Below are positions 1-9,882 of a DNA stretch of 64,000 nt, piece after piece. This DNA is from Anthoceros angustus (Eukaryota > Plantae > Anthocerotophyta). The notes under the pieces are model-generated. The model had not been told where the DNA came from and did no database searches. It saw nothing but the letters and a program-made list of their open reading frames with translations. A program made the position numbers and the translations under genes. The stretch is taken from the NCBI GenBank assembly GCA_010909165.1, contig VJWM01000253.1:1-64000 (forward strand), read 5' to 3'. Positions within the stretch are counted from its first letter, which is position 1. The number at the start of each line of letters is the position of its first letter.

Positions 1-173
1 TGTTTCAAAAGGGATGTATGAGTGGATTGCATATGTACCGGACCGCAAAATGGACTCGTCCTTCATGGGTAAGTACGAGGGACTCTCATGGTAGATGAAC
101 CACGGAAAACAAGCGCTTTACCAAAGTTAGTACTACCGAACGTTAGACAGACAGCCCGAACCATGCCGGGTTA

Positions 174-1443
174 TCATGGCCGATCCAGCTCAACGAAACT
201 GGATCCACACCAATTTCGTGCCCGGATAAATATGTACTGTAACCCTAACAAGATTTCATGAACTCGCAAGTTGCGACTTACCAAAAGGATGCGAGTTCGG
301 GCAACACTGTGGGAGATATGATGAACCCTCTTCCGCTTTGGACCCCTCTTGCCCTTCACCTCCACATCCGGCATTCGGAGGAAGGGTGTCCTCAACATCT
401 TCCTCAACATCTTCATCACGAGGAAGTTCTTTGAAACTCGCACCACCAAGTAAGACACCGCACTCGTGGCAACACAATCTCCAATGTCGACGGACTCCAA
501 ATCCAGCTGCTCACACTGCCAAGATGGGTAGGCTTGCTTCTCACAAGGGTTCTCGCATTTGCACTTCACATGTCGCATTTAAATTTGCCCACATTGTTGG
601 CTTTTTACTGTGGTACACCGCTAACCGCGTGTTGGTCTGTCTCACCGCTTGGGCGATCCCTACGGTCTCAGCCCTCATCATGTTCCACCACCATCGTGGT
701 TAGCGGCGAGGGTAACCACCATGTCCGCATCCGGAAATCCTTATTGTTGCTGTGATTGCAGGGCGCGACTCTTGCATGGGTCATACATCGCCCATAACGC
801 CCGGCATAGACCCAGCTGATCGCCTCACTGCGGCGCCCTTCCTCAATGTCCGATTCAGACTCCACCTGCCCCTCACATTTCAAGGCCTCCTCATCCGAGG
901 CATCTTCATCGAGACCGTCCTTGTACCATGACTCCCGCCCCAACATCACCATCGACCCAGAGCAAGCGGCGGCCTTTGCCATCGCAGTGGCGACGGGTTT
1001 TGGGCCGCCCCAATGTCCGGGCGGTGTGCACACGCCACGCTTGCTGGCCGTGGTGTGAACCTGCTACTCCAGGCTCTTCCATGGCCATCGGCCCGCCACC
1101 GCGCGCTCCATCTCGCCTTTCCCACCGCCCGTTGCGCCCGCGAGTATCCCCATGCCCGCTTGAAGCCCGTTTTGTCGGCTCTTCATTCTCGCTTGAACAC
1201 ACGACATATGTCACGTGATGCTTTAACATTCCGCCATGCGCCTTCAATCCCGGGTGACGGTCCAAGAAAAGCGGCACCACTTCCATGTTCTTGTCAAGTA
1301 CAACCAACTTTGGGTCCGACCGGTCATCCCCTCCACGGTTGCCTCCACGGATTTCCGCAACCATTGCGATCGCCGCCAAGCGCCGAGTGTCCTTGTTCGC
1401 CTCGCGCAGCCTCGATCTTCGCGATTTTGGCATCCGGACCCAT
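174..1443 (-). pseudogene. Frameshifted ORF of unknown function (helical N-terminus, acidic low-complexity middle, Cys-rich C-terminal part)
   Basis: Consecutive minus-strand ORF pieces 906-1433, 668-1033 and 174-578 join by frameshifts. ATG in ACCATGG context at 1443-1441. Contains KCKCENPCEKQAYPSWQCEQLDLESVDIGDCV. No family recognised. Confidence 0.3.
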
Positions 1444-2829
1444 GGTTGGTTGTGATTAACAAGAGCACCGAAACGAAGGCATGCCTATAGCTACACTTGC
1501 AGCTCACATGGGACACAACGCATCTGCGAGGAGTGTGCACCCTTACCCTATATCCCAGACTCCAAATGAGGGCGATGTGGCGTCAATCCTCCTCCTCCCG
1601 CTTGCGCCCAAGTGTGTCCTAGTTGTAACGTGGTAAGTTCTCCGGTCTCCCTAGAATTCGTGGTCGCGATCGATCGCTCCACCGTCCGGACGTGGTTCTC
1701 AGCCTATGATGGCTTTTTAGGGTTTGGGCGAACTCAGAGGCGAGTCAGCTGCGGCCCACCGCGTTCCGCCCTTAGATGATTTTTGCCGCAAGACGATGTG
1801 TATTTAAGGTAATGTATCCTTGTACCATGGGAACGGCTCAACAGCAGTCCCGGCCGCACAGATCGTAAACCCAAAGGCCAAGGACCCCTACCTACTAGTG
1901 CTTGTCCTTGTCCTTCGAAAATTTCCTACGCGCAATGTTCCCAAGTAATATAAGGTAAGTCACATGGAAACACCTAAACCCAAGGACCCTAATCCGGCTT
2001 ACAAGGCACTCATGGAACTACGGCCTGAGGGTTCTTTATCAAGCCTTGACCACTCAAGCCTGTCATCTTTGACCACTCGAGTTACATAGAAGCACGAGCC
2101 CGGCAACGCATCATTCCGATGCCGTTGACCGTAGCAAACGCCTGCTTGATCAAGACACGTGGCGCAGCCTTTGGCTGTTTAGGCCATAAGAAGAGGCCAC
2201 CGCCGAGGCCTCTTCTCATCGTCGGATGCGACTTATCTTTGAAGGAGGTGATTCTGATTAGCCCTCGCGATTCGGAGATTGAGCGCAGACACGGTGAGCA
2301 TGTTGCCTTCGTCCGCAACAAAGTCGCGACTCCCCAAACCTAATCGGGCATTTCGATGGTCACATGTGTTTGGTTGGTTTGTGGTTGTGATTAACAAGCA
2401 TCGATGGCAGACCAAGTGTGGTCTCCGAGATGGGTGGCTGAGTACACCGCTGCTGCGAGGCCACCATCCGCGCCACCTTTGAACACGCATGGGCGGGCGG
2501 GTCAACTCCCCACGCGACACCATCGTGACCGCGGAAGATGCCCAGAGAATTGTTCAGATGTCCGGATGCGGAGTTCCTAGAATTCGACGCCGTTCATGGT
2601 AGTGGGCCGTTGCCTTTCGGAGATAGATTCGATGCTCGAATTGATGCCTGTGCCATGGACTCCGGATTCTCCAATGGGTGGCCGGCGAGATACCATGAGG
2701 CTTCGTGGATGCCATAAAGGCGCTTTGGCCCAAACCCCCATTAGTGTGAACATGAAAGTTTTCAATCGTGGTTTGTGGCAAACCCCGAACGGACGAAAAG
2801 GCCATGTTGTAATCCAATTAATAACTTAG

Positions 2830-3230
2830 TAAAAGACACATTGCATGTGTCATATATGCCCGTAGTGATCCCATACGGAAATTCTACAATATAAAAATAA
2901 ATCCGTTGTAAATCAAGGCGTGTAGGGTTTAGAACTGCTGCTTAGTAAATAAGACCCTTAGAAAAAGGTAAACGCCTGCTGTAACACAAGGTTGTAGTAA
3001 AAATGGATTCCTTTGTAAAACCCCTATAGTAATTTCTACTATAGTAAAGTCCTCCATCTTGTTCTCAACCTCAATTGCCCCTTTTCAACGGACTTTCGCC
3101 ACCGCCACGCCATCGTATTGAGTCGTGGCGAAACCCCACCGTAGTAAAACAACGCAACCCATGTTGTAAAGTCTAGGGCTATACTCCAAAAAATAATTGG
3201 CCCGTAAACCCCGTAGTAAAACGATAAAGT
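2830..3230 (+). repeat. AT-rich block of degenerate (G/A/T)TAGTAAA motifs
   Basis: Repeated GTAGTAAAA, TATAGTAA and CTTAGTAAA motifs (e.g. near 2995, 3142, 3214) in an AT-rich stretch between GC-richer coding-like DNA. Confidence 0.6.
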
Positions 3231-3824
3231 GCTCCACCTCTCATCTCCATAAATCGTAGGTTAGTAAAGGCATGGTTTCGTTGTAGTGAGAAGAGCACCC
3301 CGGTAGCCCAATCCATCGCCATACACGTATGGAGACAAGCATATCGGAGACACACAAGCCAAAGTTGAGGAAATCAAAGGCATTGGACAAAGAATGGTTT
3401 CTAACCTGTGCAAGTGAGCTGTGAAGATGGGGCAATATGGACACCCTTGTTGAAGTTGTGGGTTACAGCTACCTGGGGCTCGCCCAATCAACAAGAGCGG
3501 ATGGGTATTGTAAAATTGGAGATGGACACATTGCATCCGGAGGTGCAAGTGCTCGCATCAAGACCCTATGGCGTTGATAATTTGCCGCACACCCCATGAT
3601 TACAAGGTGTTCCTCTTCGGATAGATGGCTTTGCCAAGAAATGTGAACCAAAGGAGCTGGCAATGCATTCGAGAAAGCCTACGCTGAAACTGTCATTGCC
3701 ACTTAGGCCTTCAAATTCACTGCACCTTTCCTCCCCATCCCGACATCCGACATTTCAACACTATTGTTTGCAGCCGTGAAGACTGTTTCTGATGCCTCTG
3801 GGTCATCACAGTCCGTGATTAATC

Positions 3825-6800
3825 ATGGAGGGAGATGTCTCAAGAACAAGATGTGCACCGCCTCGAGTTCGCACTGAGGACCGACCTCCTCATGTTGATG
3901 CGAGAGTGGGCCCTTCCGACGAGGAAGATGGCCCTATACCGATGTACTCGGACAATGGATGGACGGGTCCGGCGGAAGATGCACGAAGGCGGATATCATC
4001 ATGGACTTTCCGCCGAACCTCCGGCAGCCTGCAAGCGACATACGCCGGGATGACCGACGAGGAGGGAGGGAGGGCGGATGCCGCCTCCATGCGTGAATTG
4101 GGCACCCCAAGTGTCATTGGTTTTGCCCCGCCGGACAAGCCGAAGAAGGCGCATGCCCCGACGTGCCTTCATGGGAAAGCGCACCCATGACATATGGAGA
4201 CGCGGTGAACCGGAGCAACCAAGGGTGGAGTGGGAACAAAGATGTGCCGGTCGGGAGGAAGGGGCAGTGGGCATGCACCGCCGAAAAAAGCGGTGCGGAT
4301 AGTTAGATGCACGCCATGTTATTGTGGTGGTGCCCGAGTTTCTCGGATGTTACAGGAGAAAGCACCTTCCGCAGATGTGATCAGCGTATGGGGAACCAGC
4401 GATACCATGGGGAGGAAGAAAGGCACAATGATGGGGGCCATCCGCCATCCAAGATATTCCTACACTTCATGTGTCGATCGATGAAGAAAGGTTGAGGCGT
4501 GCGTTGGATGACGATTATTTGACCGTTAGAGAAGCCGTGACATGGAAGAAAGTGGTTAAACCGCTCGTTAAGCCGGAATACTTGAGACCCTTCTTTCCGA
4601 CTCTGCATGCCCGGATCCGAAAAGTGGACGAGGCTTGGACGAACTACCAGCTGTGGTGATTTCAAAGGGAGAATCGAGGAAGGAGTCTTGCCTCTCTTTG
4701 CATGATTGATCCGGCTGAATGCAATGATATCAAGTCGCTGGATTGGCGAAGTTCGTAAAAATATGTGATGGGAGTGCTTGGAGGAAACCATACATATGCT
4801 ATGCACCTTGCGGACATATCACCGGGAAGGCAAGCCTCCAAAGGGATTGAGGCTCATGTGTATTGTGGTCGACTATTAGGAAATGAGAGTCTTAGCCCAC
4901 CACACACCATGTCCGACAAGAGGCGGAAGATGAATTTTATTGAGCGGTGAGGTATTTGAGAGACGAGCTGCAAATCGCGAAGAGGGATGGTGTCAACATG
5001 ACCATGAATCGAAATTCAACTTGTACAAGGTGCTTGACCGACGACGATTTAAGGGAATGAGGACAAGCAAAGATAAATGTAATAAGGTAGACAGGACCCA
5101 CATTCTATGCATCTCGTTGGAAGGCAAAGTGTGGGCGAATGTGGACAAGATATTCAACAAGTGGGAGTCCATGGAGTTGCCGAATAAAGCAAACATGCAT
5201 GTTGTACAAGCAAGAAGAGCAAGGGCAAACGTAAAGTCACATGACCAAGGGGGATGGCGCATTGTTGAAGCCTAAAGAGATGCAAGGCAAGCCTTGGAGG
5301 AGTTTTCAAGGCATCCCACAGGAAAGTGGGCAACAAATGTTGATAAGTGCAACAGAGAAGGTTTTGAGCTTCGGACCTCAATGGGATGGCGAAGGAAATC
5401 ACCGAGGAAGAAGTTTCATGTGATTCGGTGGCGATGGCCAAAGCACTTGGGGTGACTCATTCGACCAAGTCCGCAAGAATATCCTCAACACTCTGACGAG
5501 GTCATCGCAAGATTTCAAACGGCGTTTGAGGGAAAGGTAGGTGTCTTTATCCTCCATTCGTAGCGAGGGCGCGCATCGCGCCACTCTCGGTTGCTTTCCT
5601 TGAGGGGGCCGGGGGGGCGCCGCATGCGCCCGTCCATTCGGAGCAACGAGGGCGGCGGCGGGCGCGGCGCGCCCGTGCTCCTCGCGCCGTTCGAATGGGA
5701 GCGATGACGGGCGCGGCATGCGGCGCCCGGTCAACGATTCTCCAAGTCGTGATAGACTTGAGGACTCTAATGGCGCCGGCATGCCGCCCCATCCTCCCTC
5801 CCATTCGAGAAGGTCTAGAATGGCGCGGCATGCGGCGCCCTCATTGCCCTTCCAGTATATGCCTTTGTCCTGTGAATGTCCTTCCATTGAATCCGTTATA
5901 TTGACATAATCTTTTGTCGTTTACAGCAAGTAAAGGATGTGGATGACCTGAAGAAACTACCAGACACTTTTCAAGCTTTTGTGCTTGAAGTGCACACTTG
6001 GAAAGGCTTGGAGGATGAGCAGAGGGCTATGGCGGACATGGACATGGAAGAAGGCCTGCAATCTTTCACAGTTCCGACAACAGAGAATATTGTGAAGTAC
6101 CAGTTATGGCAAGGGATATCGTTGACATGAGGGGCTTCTTGATTCGGAAATACACATTGATGGTCATGGATGTGCCCGAGGATTTAACAAGGGAAAACAT
6201 GATGTCACTATGGGCCGTGATACGGTTTTCCATGCTTTCCATGATATGACAAGTTGCGATGAGATACGGATGATAGTCATGCACGGTGTGGAGGAGCACC
6301 ACGGTGAGGGAGGCAATGCGGAAGTGGTGCAGGGAGGGTTGGTGTCATTTGTATGGGACAAGACTAATATGCGAGCGACCTAGCTCGGAATACATTACGA
6401 TTGGGTGGGGCTTAACGCACACAGTTGGCCAAAATTTCCATGCTCCCCAATAATGTCCAGGTTCCTTCAACAACGGACGCGGTCATTGGGCATGACACGC
6501 CGTGAAGAAGGCTATACACATCCTCGATTGGTGGTGTGTTATCGAGGCCATTGGGCACGATGATGAGAATCATCAAAAACTTCTCAAGGAGGAGATTGGA
6601 TTTTAGACGCGTGCGAAGTGGATCGACAACGATGGTCGCTCTCCTATGCGGTCGGAATTGCATTCTGGATGTGGACAACGCTGCGCGAGTTCATACATCG
6701 GAGGATCCATGGATATGAAGTTTTGTCGGACGCCGATGAGGAGTTGACCCACGAGCCTCACCGCCGGGGTCCAACTCAGTTCTGGGCTAAAGAAGTGACA

Positions 6801-7040
6801 TTGTCGGAAAAAGGTTTGTCACAAGCTCAAGTTGTTTCTTTGGGGTCTTCCAGGAGGAAAGCGCCGACTGTAGAGATCCTTGACGTTGGGCAGCAAACAT
6901 TGGACACAGTGTGGCCTCCAACAGACAAGCCATCAGGTTGTGGAGGTGGCTCCTCGGACACAGGAAATATCATGGAGGAGAACGACAACTTTGAAGACCC
7001 AGATCATGCGTCTGAAGACCGTAGAAGTAGTCATGGATAG
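3825..7040 (+). pseudogene. ParB/Srx-like domain fused to a beta-class N4-cytosine/N6-adenine DNA methyltransferase-like domain; frameshifted in this assembly, one intron
   Basis: Joined reading frames give: YVMGVLGGNHTYAMH (~4755-4810) and KMNFIER; KYTLMVMDVP (6148-6177), then after a frameshift GFNKGKHD; FVWDKTN (~6347-6370); SEYITIGW (~6385-6410); RPLGTMMRIIKNFS (~6545-6586); GDWILDAC (6591-6614); SGSTTMVALLCGRNCI (6617-6664); acidic tail to TAG at 7040. Catalytic motif IV lying before SAM-binding motif I is the beta-class order. Confidence 0.72.
5537..5926 (+). other. Phase-0 spliceosomal intron in the ParB-MTase gene
   Basis: AAG|GTAGGT donor at 5537; TTGAC branch-like site at ~5901; pyrimidine tract CTTTTGTCGTTTACAG| ending at 5926. 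Splicing joins DEVIARFQTAFEGK in frame to QVKDVDDLKKLPDTF. Confidence 0.7.
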
Positions 7041-7356
7041 CGTGTAGGTGCCTGAGTCCGCCTTGTTTTGGCCGTCGTAGTAGGTAGTATGATTTCTTTG
7101 TTTCATGGGTTGAAAGTTTTATGTGTAACGATTTGCGAGCGGAGGCGGCAGGCATCACCTTCCTCAAAAGCCTTTTAACTTACGTCCAAAACGCCTATTT
7201 CAAGGCAACCACCATAACTAGAGGCGTTTCTCGAACTAATGCGTGAAATTGCATTGAGATGACATAACACCCATCCCTTAGAATCAAATCATGCTTAATC
7301 ATGCATTATAGGTATCAAGATTTGAACATGAGGGTTTCGATTTGCGGAAGAGGGTT

Positions 7357-9145
7357 TTATTCCGCTTCAAATATTATGGTGTTCATCCACAACACCAACA
7401 CATCCACCACATCACACTGCAAACGAGCTCCACCTACTCCATGACATCACCAATCCGTCCACCTTGTCACCATGCCATCATCCACATCACCAACGCATCA
7501 ATCAACAAGATAGCGAGACCACCACATCACCGGTCTCGCACATCATCCGCGTCCACTAAAATCACCGACCACCCCAATACGCGGCAAAGCAACACAACAC
7601 CCCGTCCTCCCACACCAAACTGGGGCCGGCCTTGCCCCAAACATAACGAGGCTGCGAGATCAACATCACCAATCAGCCCAAACCATCACAAGGCCATACG
7701 GGGCATCACATAGCCCTTTACGCTCCAACACCAATCATCCCCATATCACCGTCCCTAAATCACAACACCGGATGCACGAGAAGCCTCGTGAACACCCCAA
7801 TACCATCATGCCCAAGAGTCAAACCACGAATTTGGAAGGTAGTGGTACATAACGCCATGCAGTGAAGTACAAACAAGCATGGAAGGTGAGGGGGCACAGA
7901 AGGTTCGCACTCACAACACAAGCATGGAATCCGATTCTGACATATTCATCTCACAGAAGTATCCAAGAAGTGGATGATGTGCTGGTCAAAATGTTTGGTC
8001 GATGCGTGGCGCTTGGTGTCCTTTGTGTTGGAGGAAGGTCGAGGCGAGCTCGAGTGCGAATCTTGGCTTTCACATCATCAGATCACATCGGACCTAAGCT
8101 TCCTTCCGGACCGCACCACATACCTTGGCCGACAATCCTTCCCACCATAATTTGCTGGATCGGATGCTTCCGACTCACACCAATGTGCTTGGCGTGTAGA
8201 ATCAGATGGTCATCGGACCGGCGACAAAATGATATTCAGGCGTATTTACGGCTCGCGGTGATCGCCGACTGAACATCCTTCAAATTCTTACATCTGTGCT
8301 CATATTCCTCATGAGAGCGATAAACAACTCTTCATCTTTCCCGATCGATTGCGGGGGTCGAAAGTCCTTGACGAGAGAGCTCTTCAAAAGTACTATAGAT
8401 CTCACGGCGACATTGCGAGAACTCACTTGTCATCCATAAAATTGCTCTCAAGCTCCTTGCTAGTTCTTTGGCGGCGAGATTGTGCGGTATCAACCCCAAC
8501 GACCTTGAAATAACGCGTTGCATCGCGCGCGGAACCGCACTCGGCTTGTGGAGGTGGAGGCGATGTTCTTCTTGCACCGGTGCCTACTATGTCCACCGGT
8601 TCATTCTGTTTTGCCGTTCTCGCGGCTTACGCCAAAGCCTCTCCAGCGCTTCCTCTGTCAATCGTTGACTACAAGGAGGCGGGCCATCATGGCGAGAACC
8701 ACCCCAATCGGGCTTGAGAAACTTCCGTCACAAGTCGGCTATTCGCACAATCGGCGATACACAATCCATGCGGAAACCTTGCCACACAACGCCAGCGGAC
8801 TTCCCGCCTGCCCTCCTCTCCGAGGCATTTGCACGGTATCGTGCGGATGTCGTCTCCACCTGCGAGAGCAAGCTTTTCACATCAATTGACAACATATGCC
8901 ATGAATGCATCCCAAAGCAAGACCCACCGTGTCCACAGTGACATCAGCGGGATAGCAGACAATGGGCGAAGGAAGTCGCGTTTGGTTATGCGATCGGTTC
9001 CGGTCTTCACAAGAAGCGAGGAAAACGGGGCGCACATTTTATGTTCCAGCGGAGGTTCCTTCCGTGTGTAATTTTGAATTCGGTGACACGGTGGTCCATG
9101 TGACCAAATGACACAACCAGTTTTCTATCTTGCGTGCCACCAAAG
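7357..9145 (-). pseudogene. Possible Mutator-like DDE transposase remnant
   Basis: Frameshifted minus-strand pieces: KACSR..RHPHD; HDG; PEYHFVAG..DDH..AHWCESEASDPANY; HFLDTS..E..FHA; acidic D/V-rich tail ending near a TAA at 7359-7357. The resemblance is by eye only and needs several frameshifts. Confidence 0.35.
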
Positions 9146-9682
9146 CGTCGGACACCTTGAGAAAGCATAAATGAGTGGAACTTAGATACCACTCTGGTGC
9201 CTGTTTCAAACCATAAAGGCTCTTCCATAACACCGCACACCATTCTTGCCCTTCTCAACAAAACCTTCAAGGTTCTTGCATGTAGACTTCCTCTTGAAGG
9301 TCACCATGCAAGAATGCCGTCTTGACATCCATCATGCGAGTTCCATATCATTCGTGGCAAGCAAAGCAAGAACACATCGCAAAGTTGTCATTTTGACTAT
9401 TGGTGAGAAAATCTCATCAAAGTCAATGCACAGTTGTTGCTTGAAACCCTTAGCAACCAATCGTGCCTTGTACTTTGGTTTGCCATCAAGCGGTATGACC
9501 TTCATCTTGTACACCCATTTGCAGTAGTGCCTTCTTATCCCTAGGCAACGAACCAACTCCCAAGTTTGGTTCTTATGCACCGGTCATTCATTTACATGGC
9601 CTTCTCCCACTTCTCTTTGTTGCTCATTGACATAGCCTCGTTGTAAGAAGAGGGTTCCCCACAATCTGTCAGCATGACATAA
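9146..9682 (-). mobile_element. Copia-1, RT fragment (3' part; truncated, no RNase H or 3' LTR)
   Basis: YVMLTDCGEPLSYNEAM, KNQTWELV, CKWVYK, YKARLVAKGFKQ..DFDEIFSPIVKMTTLR, SLYGLKQAP, FHSFMLSQG. Copia similarity stops at ~9146. Confidence 0.9.
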
Positions 9683-9870
9683 TGTTAAAACCCCGAGGGT
9701 TATTAGTAACCACGGGCACTAGTTACCTAGCTACCTAGATTAGGGTTATATATATAATGAAGGGTTGTGTAGTAATCTTTCAGGGTTTAGTATATAAGGA
9801 CACCTCTTTGTAAACTTATTATATAATTGTTGTTATCAAGTTTGCTGTCTCTCTCTAGCGGTTTACATCA
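9683..9870 (+). repeat. Copia-2 5' LTR
   Basis: TGTTAAAACCCCGAGGG...TTTACATCA; matches 17203-17389; TATA-like TATATAA inside. Confidence 0.93.
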
Positions 9871-9882
9871 TGGTATCGAGCA
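9871..9882 (+). promoter_or_regulatory. Primer-binding site (tRNA-iMet) of copia-2
   Basis: TGGTATCGAGCA directly after the LTR; canonical TGGTATCAGAGC lacking one A. Confidence 0.85.

Noticed and set aside
1716-1725. Telomeric TTTAGGG repeat
   Set aside because: Single isolated units (also near 2926); no array.
3825-7040. Bacterial or phage contamination as the source of the methyltransferase
   Set aside because: The gene has a canonical in-frame GT-AG intron and is contiguous with plant LTR retrotransposons. A chimeric join cannot be fully excluded without reads.
8600-8930. KDZ-type or pogo-type transposase (GCIHG, LTEEALERLW, LLWDAF pieces)
   Set aside because: Isolated look-alike peptides in different frames; other KDZ hallmarks (YDIAC, FH..H) were not found in order. 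The Mutator-like reading is preferred but remains tentative.
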